Shown here one piece after another: positions 39,400 through 48,213 of a DNA stretch of 64,000 nucleotides. Position 1 is the first letter of the stretch. Each line of letters starts with the position of its first letter. The notes under the pieces are model-generated. The model did no database searches and had not been told where the DNA came from. It was given only the letters and a program-made list of their open reading frames with translations. Source of the stretch: a virus; the IMG/VR virus record IMGVR_UViG_3300042863_002274. One strand, given 5' to 3'. Position numbers and translations under genes: made by a program.

Positions 39400-39990
39400 A
39401 TGAAAGTAATAGAAGTAAGCGCTCGCAAGGGCGGAGTAGGCACAAGTACCGTAGCCTGCTCAATCGCATTGGCATTGGGCAAGACCAATCCTGAACGAGT
39501 GTTGCTCATTGACACATCAGCGAACAACGATGACACGCTCATTCTTGGACTGGCTCCGTCATCAGGCGAACAGACATACAAGGACATCACCATCGTGAAT
39601 GCGCCATTTTCCGAGGTGAGCAATCTGCGTGGAGTTCATTACGATTTCGTAGTTATTGACACCGGTCTACTTGGTGGCAAGAAGAACACCTACTTTGACT
39701 ATGTGCCATTCCGTGTAGCAGTGGTTCGCAACTCATACCTGTCATTGCGAGCAGAGGCACTCGAAACCACTCACACTGCTGACGCAGTAGTAGCAATCGT
39801 AGACGCACAGGACGCTCTAACAGCGAAAGATGTGGGTCAGGTTCTCAGACAGAAGGACACCACCATCGTAGAGTTTGACAATCGCACATCTCGTGCCATT
39901 GACGCAGGTCTCTACGGACATCGTGAATCACAATGGGAGTGGGCAGAGTTGTTCAATCAGAGATTCATTCCGTCCTATGAGTTGCCGTAG
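39400..39990 (+). CDS. ParA/MinD-like P-loop protein (short, deviant)
   Basis: KGGVGTST, VLLID, YDFVVIDT. Confidence 0.8.
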   Translation: MKVIEVSARKGGVGTSTVACSIALALGKTNPERVLLIDTSANNDDTLILGLAPSSGEQTYKDITIVNAPFSEVSNLRGVHYDFVVIDTGLLGGKKNTYFDYVPFRVAVVRNSYLSLRAEALETTHTADAVVAIVDAQDALTAKDVGQVLRQKDTTIVEFDNRTSRAIDAGLYGHRESQWEWAELFNQRFIPSYELP

Positions 39991-40127
39991 AAAGAGAGTA
40001 GATAAGTGGTAACAGAAACAGAACCCGATGAATGTCTCTACTGTGGTAGGGACGACCCTGAATCCAACTACACTTGGCATGAATACAATCGTGCCTGGAT
40101 TTGTGAGGACTGTATGGAGGAGCGACC

Positions 40128-40388
40128 ATGGAAGTAATTTTTAAGGATGAATTGGCAGAGTTGATTTGGGAGAATTATTACACTCTCGCTACTACTGCAA
40201 TAGAGGCGCTGCAAATTATTTGGAGCGAGTACGAAAGTATTGCTAATTGGGTCGCTTTAGAACACGATGTGTCCGAGCGCAAATTGCTAGAAACTCTTTC
40301 GCTTCTCGTGGTGAAGGTTGCGTCAATGTCCGTAGCAGACAGACAGACACCCGCCATGGATTATCTCCCCACAAGTAAGAGTAGATAA
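40128..40388 (+). CDS. Hypothetical protein
   Basis: ggagg RBS; stop TAA lies in the motif. Confidence 0.65.
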   Translation: MEVIFKDELAELIWENYYTLATTAIEALQIIWSEYESIANWVALEHDVSERKLLETLSLLVVKVASMSVADRQTPAMDYLPTSKSR

Positions 40389-40391
40389 CTC

Positions 40392-40709
40392 ATGTGGACG
40401 ACTATCGGTATCTATTTCTCTGTCTTGATGTCCTACATTCGTCACGCACTGTTTCATAGAGACCTGATACTGGTCGGGTCTGAATGTCGTGTTCGCTGGT
40501 CGTGGGAGCGCACACCGTCAGTGAGGGTTATCTCATTCGCCCCTGAACCAATGGAGCCATGTGACTTTGACATGTATGGGTGGTCTCTTGATTCAGTGTT
40601 CATGCATGTACCGAGCATGTGGCAGATGCTCTCGTTCGTGAGACGTAGGAGCAACGAGGGACACTCGTTCGTCAGCGTCTCACTTATCTACGCCTCTCTA
40701 TCAGAGTAG
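40392..40709 (+). CDS. Hypothetical protein
   Basis: Bracketed by two motif copies. Confidence 0.6.
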   Translation: MWTTIGIYFSVLMSYIRHALFHRDLILVGSECRVRWSWERTPSVRVISFAPEPMEPCDFDMYGWSLDSVFMHVPSMWQMLSFVRRRSNEGHSFVSVSLIYASLSE

Positions 40710-40925
40710 ATAACTTTCTTTCTTTTTGAGAACAGCCCCGCCATGCTTGGTCCGTCCCGGGGCTCTTGCTGAAACAGCAGAGCAGGATGAACGGGGGGGA
40801 TGAGAGATAAATCCGAAGAACGAAACGAAACCGAGCCGAGACGGAAAGAGAGTAGATAACTCTGTCCAACCCATTCACGGTGGTGGAAGAGGGCTAGGGG
40901 AAGTCTGTGCCACGGGTGGTACGCT
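40703..40925 (+). promoter_or_regulatory. Complete regulatory module
   Basis: Inverted repeat 40734-40764; GAGAGATAA; AGTAGATAA; ACGGTGGTGGAAG; promoter. Confidence 0.85.
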
Positions 40926-40955
40926 GTGTGAAGAAACCTACTGAAAGAGGAAGAG

Positions 40956-41702
40956 ATGCCTAACTGGTGTTACAACTACATGACCATCAAAGGAACAAAA
41001 AGAGAACTCGCCAAGTTCGTCAACGACATCACAGTTGCCGATGTCAAGGTTGAGGGAGACAAATCACGAGTTGTCGTTGAGTACGACCTGAACCAACTCG
41101 TACCACTTGACCCTCGGGCGTCAAAGGAAGTCAAAACCACCACCCCTGACGGAGTAGAAAAAGTATTTACTGCGTTCAGTACCGAAAGTGACGGATTTGA
41201 TGGATACTTAGACGCTGTTGCAACATGGGGTAGTAAATGGGGCGCATGCAATGTAGAGATAGACGACCCAACCTCTAAGGAGAAAAACCTTTCCATGCGT
41301 TACGAATCTGCGTGGAGTCCATGTGATGGTCTAATTTGCAAGATTTCTGCCATGTACCCACAACTAATGTTCGGAGTTGTTTCCACAGAGGAATCCAGCG
41401 CCTTTGTTGCGTGGTCTTTCTTTCATAATGGAGAGGTCATTGAGGAAGGTGGGCGTGACCCCCAGATGCTCACGCCTGAACTTGACGAAAAATGCAAAAA
41501 AGCAAACGACCCTGAAAATCCCAACTTGTCCGAGGACGAGGAAGATTGGTACGAATCGTTTAGTGAATGGGAACATCACTTAGTGGAACTCTGTGATGAC
41601 GAACTTGTAACTGTCATGACCGAATACCCAAAACATCTCGCATACATCAAACGGTGCGAAAAGAAAGGAAAAATGCCACAGCCGTTTATTTCATCAGTCT
41701 AA
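40956..41702 (+). CDS. DUF1281/Api92-like ferredoxin-fold protein
   Basis: MPNWCYN...WGSKW...YESAWSP. Confidence 0.75.
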   Translation: MPNWCYNYMTIKGTKRELAKFVNDITVADVKVEGDKSRVVVEYDLNQLVPLDPRASKEVKTTTPDGVEKVFTAFSTESDGFDGYLDAVATWGSKWGACNVEIDDPTSKEKNLSMRYESAWSPCDGLICKISAMYPQLMFGVVSTEESSAFVAWSFFHNGEVIEEGGRDPQMLTPELDEKCKKANDPENPNLSEDEEDWYESFSEWEHHLVELCDDELVTVMTEYPKHLAYIKRCEKKGKMPQPFISSV

Positions 41703-41741
41703 ATAAGAGTAGATAACTACACAAAAGAAAAGAGAACCCAA

Positions 41742-41969
41742 ATGGGAACTACAAAAAACACACAATCCATGGAAAACATTTCAGAATCAGTACGAACATA
41801 CAGAACCAAGATGGGCTGGTCACAATTAGAACTTGCTAATCGTGCAGGCTTGGACAGAAAAACTGTAAATCGTGTTGAGAACGGACGCTATGCACCAAGC
41901 GTTGAGACCCTACTTCTTGTAGGGGACGCACTTGGAGTGTCCATGAACAGTCTCCTAGGAAACAAATAG
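41742..41969 (+). CDS. XRE-family HTH regulator
   Basis: GWSQLELANRAGLDRKTVNRVENGRYAPS. Confidence 0.9.
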   Translation: MGTTKNTQSMENISESVRTYRTKMGWSQLELANRAGLDRKTVNRVENGRYAPSVETLLLVGDALGVSMNSLLGNK

Positions 41970-42089
41970 TAATGCTGGCATGTAAGGGCTTGTACCGACC
42001 CTTGCCTGTCAGAGTAGATAACAATTTGGAAGTCTGTACCGAGCATGGTATGGTTTCCAGTAACACCACGAGCCTGAAAGGGGCATACA

Positions 42090-42791
42090 GTGAAATCACA
42101 AAAAATAAACAAAGACCTTGATGATGACATCACCAAGATTCTGAAAGACCTTCTTTACAGAAGCGTCTACGCAAAGACAGAAGTTTGCAAGGACGAACCA
42201 ATGTCAGATAATCCACCATTATTCTTGGTTGCTTTTGAGAGTATTGAGGAAAATAACGAGGAACACGAAGCCTGCCTCATCAACCAGCAAGAACTCTCCC
42301 TGTCTAAGCCTTATCAGGTGGCAATGGTTCCGTTGATTCACAAAGAGGACATGTATGACGCTTACGATGATGTTGTTCGCTCACTACCTGTTCGCAAGTT
42401 TGAGTTCATTGCAGTAGTTGTTGAGGGCTACGGCAAAGACCTGTCACAAGAGACAGACCAGTCAGAAGTCAAGAAAATGAACAAAGGTGACTTGGAGAAG
42501 GAATACAAAGAAAACCCATTCACCGATGTTCGTGAAGGACTAATGATGAGTGCCGTTGATTGGAACATGACTGGCGTATGGGGCGTTGCCAACATGTACC
42601 GCTATGACGACACGGGTGTACCGACATTTGATGAGCCGTTCTTTACTTCCTACCCGTATGACGACAATGACGAGTACGGACGCTTGGTTGATGTAATGAT
42701 TGCTACTGCTCAATACATGAACATCGCTACACAGACTCTCAAATACACAGACATACTCAAAAAAGCACCCAAGAGAAATAAAGGAGAGTAG
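42090..42791 (+). CDS. Hypothetical acidic protein
   Basis: Promoter TTGGAA(42026)-17-TATGGT; GAAAGGGG RBS; stop lies in the motif. Confidence 0.75.
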   Translation: MKSQKINKDLDDDITKILKDLLYRSVYAKTEVCKDEPMSDNPPLFLVAFESIEENNEEHEACLINQQELSLSKPYQVAMVPLIHKEDMYDAYDDVVRSLPVRKFEFIAVVVEGYGKDLSQETDQSEVKKMNKGDLEKEYKENPFTDVREGLMMSAVDWNMTGVWGVANMYRYDDTGVPTFDEPFFTSYPYDDNDEYGRLVDVMIATAQYMNIATQTLKYTDILKKAPKRNKGE

Positions 42792-42935
42792 ATAACTCAT
42801 GAATCAAGAAGTAATCGCCCTAGTGGACAAGGCAATAGCCAACTGTTCAGGAAGAGACAATGTGTCATCACATGAAATGATGGACATGCTCTTAGACATT
42901 CGCCAACTACTAAACAAAGAAACGGAAGTACCGGC

Positions 42936-43130
42936 ATGAGAACAAAAACAGACCTAATCGGTAAGCGAGTCAGGCTTGATGCATGCACCGACCCTTACAC
43001 GAAACTACAACACGGAGACGAAGGTGTTGTAATGGACATAGATGACATTGGAACAGTCCATGTACTGTGGGACAACGGCAGCATTCTTGGCTTGATAGAA
43101 GAAGAGGGTGACGCTTTCTCTCTTTTGTAA
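42936..43130 (+). CDS. DUF4314-like protein
   Basis: GKRVRL...DPY...GDEGVV..IDDIGTVHVLWDNGS.LGL. Confidence 0.8.
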   Translation: MRTKTDLIGKRVRLDACTDPYTKLQHGDEGVVMDIDDIGTVHVLWDNGSILGLIEEEGDAFSLL

Positions 43131-43249
43131 GGGTGAGCGTTTCTGATACTCTCTAATAAAATAAAAAATCACCCACTAAGTTTGGAGTAGATAAGTTTCC
43201 CCCTTTCAGGCTTGTCTACTCCATTAGGGTCAAATAAAAAGGAATAAAA

Positions 43250-43738
43250 ATGAACTTCACGATTGAGTTTGTAAATGAAGAGAACAAGCGTATGCATGAT
43301 TCGTTCTACAAGAAATACAAAACAGACAAAGCACGAATGAAGCAGAGTGCAGAGCAATACCAAATGAGTGAGACTGTTCGTGGTCTTTACATCATGGAGA
43401 AGTGGCACAGAGAAGGACGCAACGGAAGTCCAGTAGCAATGCTGAAACATTATTCGCTAGGTACAGATGTGATGTCATCGTTCATAAAAAAGTATTTATC
43501 TACTGTTGTTAGTGACGAGCAAGCCGAGGACAGTAAGCCCGAAAAGCGCAAAGATAAATGGGGAGCATTTGACAAGTGGACTACCGAACACACTGGCGAA
43601 CAATTCTCCACAGACCAACTTGTTGAGATTGCTGGATTCTCATATCAGACGACACTGAAATATGTCAGCGAATCTCCACTGTTCATAAAAATCAAAAAAG
43701 GTTTGTGGCAAGTGGCTGATGTTCAGAGGAAGAAATAA
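43250..43738 (+). CDS. Hypothetical protein, possible C-terminal wHTH
   Basis: aagga RBS; C-terminal FIKIKKGLW. Confidence 0.7.
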   Translation: MNFTIEFVNEENKRMHDSFYKKYKTDKARMKQSAEQYQMSETVRGLYIMEKWHREGRNGSPVAMLKHYSLGTDVMSSFIKKYLSTVVSDEQAEDSKPEKRKDKWGAFDKWTTEHTGEQFSTDQLVEIAGFSYQTTLKYVSESPLFIKIKKGLWQVADVQRKK

Positions 43739-44019
43739 GAGAGTAGATAACTTTCTATTTTTTAGACAATAGCCCCGCTTCGCTTGGTTCCCCCCGGGGC
43801 TGTTGCCCACAGGGGGCGCAGGCACAAGGCGCAGAGAACGGGGGGGTGAGAGATAAATCGGCGCAACGCAAGCGCACCGAGCCGAGCAAGAGGGAAGCGG
43901 AACTGTCCAACACATTGACGGTGGTGGAAGGGGCGCAAACAGAGTAGATAACTCCTCGCCAAACAGAGTAGATAAGTCTGTCAATAGATTAGGGAAGTCT
44001 GTACCGAAGGTGGTATGGT
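43739..44019 (+). promoter_or_regulatory. Complete regulatory module with a tandem motif pair
   Basis: Inverted repeat 43771-43801; caaacagagtagataa twice at 24-bp spacing; promoter. Confidence 0.85.
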
Positions 44020-44059
44020 GAGTTTGTCCAACCAACAACGCTTACAAAGGAGCAATACA

Positions 44060-44791
44060 ATGGATACAGTAACAACCACCCAAGAGGCACTACCGCAGTG
44101 CTGGAAAGATGTCAAGGACGCACTTGACTCAGGAATTGACAGAATTATTCTGTTCGGACCTGCTGGAACAGGCAAGACCTATGCTGGTCTGTCATTCGGA
44201 GACATTGAGGCTGGCGCACACCGCCTAGTCTGCACCGAGGACATGACAAACATGGACGTAACTGGTGGCTTCATGCCATCATCATCAGGTGGCTTCCAAT
44301 GGCTTGACGGCTCTGCTCTCAAAGCATGGAAAGGCAACGGAACCAAAGGTGGTCGTCTCATCGTGGACGAAGTAGATAAGGCTGGTGGCGATGTTTTCGC
44401 AACACTGCTCGCCATGTTGGATTCACCTGAATCCGCAACATTCCAACACCCTGAAAGTGGTGAACTGGTGCGCCCATTGGAAGGCTTCTCTGCTGTGATG
44501 ACCACGAACATTGAGAACATGAGCGAACTGCCAACAGCACTCGCTGACCGTTTCCCAATCCGTGTTCGTATCAACGAGCCACACCCGAACGCACTTCTCC
44601 GCTTGTCTCCTGACTTGCGTGGATACGCAGTCCGTATGGCTGACGGTGGTGAGGCTCGTATCTCATTGCGAGCATTCATGGCTCTTGACAAACTGCGTAA
44701 GGCAGTCGGTATGGAACGAGCATGCCAACTCACATTCGGTAATCGTGCCAAGCAGATTCTTGACGCTCTTGCAGTGGACGGAGTGAAATAG
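44060..44791 (+). CDS. MoxR/CbbQ-NirQ-like AAA+ ATPase
   Basis: GPAGTGKT, LIVDEVD, MTTN, ALADRF. Confidence 0.88.
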   Translation: MDTVTTTQEALPQCWKDVKDALDSGIDRIILFGPAGTGKTYAGLSFGDIEAGAHRLVCTEDMTNMDVTGGFMPSSSGGFQWLDGSALKAWKGNGTKGGRLIVDEVDKAGGDVFATLLAMLDSPESATFQHPESGELVRPLEGFSAVMTTNIENMSELPTALADRFPIRVRINEPHPNALLRLSPDLRGYAVRMADGGEARISLRAFMALDKLRKAVGMERACQLTFGNRAKQILDALAVDGVK

Positions 44792-44793
44792 CA

Positions 44794-46341
44794 ATGGCTT
44801 ACTCACCTGCTATCAACACAGGTACGGGCAAGGCGTTCCCCAGTAGAGTAGATAACTCTGAAAGGGGGGCGCACCGCCCTGAACCTAACATGCTCGGACG
44901 CAAGGACATGGAACACGAACGCTGGACAGTTAGAGATTGTCTGCCCGTTCGTGGCGAGCCTTGCACCGACTTGACCAACCGTGTCATGTTCGCACCATCA
45001 ACCGATGGTGAAATGGAGCGTGTAGTGCGTGGACATGAAATGATGCATGCGAAAATATCTCCGACACCTGAACAGATGACTCAATGGGTAGGACGCAGTA
45101 TTGCTTCCGAGACAGCGATGATTGTTGTAGAGGAATTGCGAGTGAACTACTTGTGTCAAACTGCTGGATTTGATGTCAAGAAGTTTCTGTCTGACGGAAG
45201 TGAATTGGCAACTGGCGAACACCTTGCGAAGTCAAACGATTGGGCAGGCGCAGTTGCTATGTGTATCGCTACTGCGAACACCGCTGGTCACAAGACATTC
45301 CTGAACGGAATCCGCAGGCACAATCGTGAGTGGGGTGAAGCATTGGTGACTATCGGCAAACGAGCAGTGAAAGAAATGCGTAAATCTCACAGTGGACGCA
45401 CACTCGCAAGTACCGACACTTACGAAGGTATCGCTCCATACGGATTCACTCACACCGAGCGTCTTGCAGAATGGGTGGACAGGCTTGCCACATTCCCACC
45501 ACCACCAAAGAACCCAAACCCAAAGGGCAAGGCAGGCGAGGCAAAGGGAGTAGATAAGTCCGAAGGCGAAAGCAAAGAGGAACATCACGCCGAGTACGAG
45601 GAATCCAAAGAGGGTGACAAAGATGGAAACCCACACGGCAAAATCTCTCCTGCACCTGCTGGTGGCGCACACGGTTGGGCTGAACTTATTATCAGTCGTG
45701 AACCAATGCCACGCCACCACTACGGCTCAATGGGCAAGAAGCGCATTGCTACGAACATGGGGCGCAGACCACGCCGACTACACCGTTACATGACTGACCC
45801 TGCGAAGCGTGTCTTTGACAAGACGATTCGTGGCAGTGGTGGAATGGTAATCATTGACGCAAGTGGTTCTATGTCATTCACTACTGAACAGATTGCAGAA
45901 ATCATTGAGAACGCACAAGGCGCAACAGTGGCTATCTATTCTGACCGAGGCAGGAAAGACATGCCGAACATGTGGGTAGTTGCTGACAAAGGCAAGATGG
46001 TTGAGAATGTGGAATACATTGACTACGGACACGGTAACGGCGTGGACTTTCCTGCGATTGAGTGGGGCGTAAAGAATCGCCAGTACAAGAACACACCTCT
46101 TGTATGGGTGACAGATGGTGGAGTCTGTGGAGCGCATGACGGGTTCTCTGAACTGTTGTCAATGCAATGCATTACTTACGCTCGCCAGCACAACTTCATT
46201 GTTGTTCCCCACATTGAGGGAGCGATAGAGCAGTTACGCAATCTGAAAGTGCATGGCAAGGCTCACAGCGTGTATCCTTACATGTTCCACCGCACCTACC
46301 AAAATTACATGGGCGTACCTCTCCCCGAAAAAGAAGAGTAG
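44794..46341 (+). CDS. HExxH metallopeptidase-like plus vWA (MIDAS) protein, CobT-like partner of the AAA ATPase
   Basis: HEMMH...EE; charged linker; IIDASGSM...VTDG. Confidence 0.85.
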   Translation: MAYSPAINTGTGKAFPSRVDNSERGAHRPEPNMLGRKDMEHERWTVRDCLPVRGEPCTDLTNRVMFAPSTDGEMERVVRGHEMMHAKISPTPEQMTQWVGRSIASETAMIVVEELRVNYLCQTAGFDVKKFLSDGSELATGEHLAKSNDWAGAVAMCIATANTAGHKTFLNGIRRHNREWGEALVTIGKRAVKEMRKSHSGRTLASTDTYEGIAPYGFTHTERLAEWVDRLATFPPPPKNPNPKGKAGEAKGVDKSEGESKEEHHAEYEESKEGDKDGNPHGKISPAPAGGAHGWAELIISREPMPRHHYGSMGKKRIATNMGRRPRRLHRYMTDPAKRVFDKTIRGSGGMVIIDASGSMSFTTEQIAEIIENAQGATVAIYSDRGRKDMPNMWVVADKGKMVENVEYIDYGHGNGVDFPAIEWGVKNRQYKNTPLVWVTDGGVCGAHDGFSELLSMQCITYARQHNFIVVPHIEGAIEQLRNLKVHGKAHSVYPYMFHRTYQNYMGVPLPEKEE

Positions 46342-46532
46342 ATAAGTTTTCCCGACAGGGGTGGTGGCTCCGACAGGACACCATCACCCCTGAACGGAGA
46401 CGGTGCATGGAGTTATCTACTCTATGTACCACCACTACCCCAAGCGTAGAAGTTTCATACTCCTTTGATTCTGCGTGAGGGGTGGTGGCAGGGGGATAAA
46501 CAAAATTGACTACTACGAAAAAATGGATTTTT

Positions 46533-46736
46533 ATGACAGAGCCAACTGAATCACAATTACTAGATGACTTGTTCGCAAGTATCACAACCGCAATGCGCTA
46601 CTACTCTGCGATACGAGACGAGATAATCACAGACACATACACGCCACAGAAGGCGTACGAGGACTACGAGAACCTGACATGCAATGAAGGCAACAACATT
46701 GTGTCCGTTCTTGCTGAACTCGCTGATAGGAAGTAG
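46533..46736 (+). CDS. Hypothetical protein
   Basis: ORF. Confidence 0.55.
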   Translation: MTEPTESQLLDDLFASITTAMRYYSAIRDEIITDTYTPQKAYEDYENLTCNEGNNIVSVLAELADRK

Positions 46737-46845
46737 TCATGGAAATACTGCTACTCGTTCTTGCGTTGCTCACAGAGCCTTACACGCTCGTCTCGTTCGC
46801 TATCTGCATGGCAACACTAAGAGTAGATAACTCTTTCTACGCCAG

Positions 46846-47169
46846 TTACTTCTTGCGATTGGCTCCGAAGATATTTGAGTCAAACGAACGCCACACCACA
46901 TACAGTACTGCCAAGCCAAAGGAATCCCACACGCCCACGCTCACGCTCACGAGTCCAGCCGAGTGTGCGATAGCGAGAGCAAGGAACAGCAAGGCAGCAT
47001 GTGTGACAACAAGCAGAATGAATCCAGCAAACACATTTCCTTCTTTTTTGGCATGAGCCCCGCCAGCGGCGGCAACCCTCGGGGCTGTTGGCGTATCTCT
47101 CATAACTCTCGGAAAACTGTTCTTGGCTTTAAAAGAATATTTTCCGTCTTTATCAAATCTGTCATTCAT
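46846..47169 (-). CDS. Two-TM membrane protein
   Basis: Hydrophobic helices; contains an AGCCCCG-N17-CGGGGCT copy. Confidence 0.6.
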   Translation of the reverse strand: MNDRFDKDGKYSFKAKNSFPRVMRDTPTAPRVAAAGGAHAKKEGNVFAGFILLVVTHAALLFLALAIAHSAGLVSVSVGVWDSFGLAVLYVVWRSFDSNIFGANRKK

Positions 47170-47214
47170 TTTTCTGTGCCTAAATCCTATTCACGGTGGT
47201 GGAAGAGCCTGCTG

Positions 47215-47592
47215 CTAGTTAGGCAGTTTCATTTTTTTAACTATTTGATGAACCCTCTGGCGGCTCAAATCAAATTCATCGGCAATCTGCCTAAGGGATA
47301 ATCCCTGAATTCTCATTTGACGAATTGATTCGTTTCTTTCAGTATCGGTTGGAGGACCCGGTTGAAAAGGACCCCACGACCAGCCTGGAATTTGCTCCAG
47401 AACGGAGATACGTGCTGCAGAAAGTTGATTTTTACGATATCTCTGCCGGATGTAACCAACCCAAGCTCCAAGTGAGATTTCTTTTTCTTGATTTTTATCA
47501 ACATAACTTGATGAAATTTTAGAATCTCCGTTTTCGGAAATGTACAGCTCGAGAGCTGCCTTATAAATACTGAATTTTGTACCGTTGTCCAT
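47215..47592 (-). CDS. Helicase-associated (HA)-like domain fused to a sigma70-region-4-like HTH
   Basis: LGAWVGYIRQRYRKNQLSAARISVLEQIPGWSW; GLSLRQIADEFDLSRQRVHQI. Confidence 0.8.
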   Translation of the reverse strand: MDNGTKFSIYKAALELYISENGDSKISSSYVDKNQEKEISLGAWVGYIRQRYRKNQLSAARISVLEQIPGWSWGPFQPGPPTDTERNESIRQMRIQGLSLRQIADEFDLSRQRVHQIVKKMKLPN

Positions 47593-47880
47593 AGATGACA
47601 CACTAGTACGAACGTATGTTCGCATGCAGGAAGAATTACATTTTTTATTTACGGGAATGATTAATATATAGGTTGACAAAAGCAACGGTGGCGGATAAGG
47701 TTACCCTCATGGGATTAGTCACTAACTTAGTTGCTTACAAGCTAGGTAAGTCTCGTGGAAAACGTAAGGAGCGCAGCAGTCAATCAGAAACTGTGGACTC
47801 ACGTGACCCAGACTGCATTAATTATTCAATGTTTTGTCGACAATTCGGCAGCTGTGATGGACAGAAATGCGAGTATTAAT

Positions 47881-48099
47881 ATGAATAACTATCGTGTCCA
47901 AGTAATGGTCGGGGTGGATGTACATGCGTCTACGCCTGAGGAGGCAGGCGGTCTCGCAATTGCTGCAGTAAGAACAGTTATTGAGGAAGACCCTCTCGAG
48001 CCTCATCCAAAACCTTTTTGGGTTTCTGGAATTGTCAGAACTGACGGAGAATCGGCGCTGCCTGGTTACATGGTTTTTAAAGGAATTCTCATCGAGTAG
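47881..48099 (+). CDS. Hypothetical protein
   Basis: ATG 1 nt after the upstream stop. Confidence 0.5.
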   Translation: MNNYRVQVMVGVDVHASTPEEAGGLAIAAVRTVIEEDPLEPHPKPFWVSGIVRTDGESALPGYMVFKGILIE

Positions 48100-48213
48100 A
48101 CGCCTGGTTGTATTTAGATAAATTTATACACGACGGCCACTGGATATCTGTCGAAAAAACGAAAAAATCACGCACGCGGCCCTCGATACGTCGCTTAACG
48201 GAAAAGAGAAAAA

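Noticed and set aside
28658-44019. Classical integron attC cassette array
   Set aside because: No consistent RYYYAAC...GTTRRRY hairpins, units carry their own promoters and face both ways, and no IntI in the window
28658-44019. MITE/IS or REP-type mobile elements
   Set aside because: No target-site duplications or transposase; the sequence between boxes is not conserved as it would be in element copies
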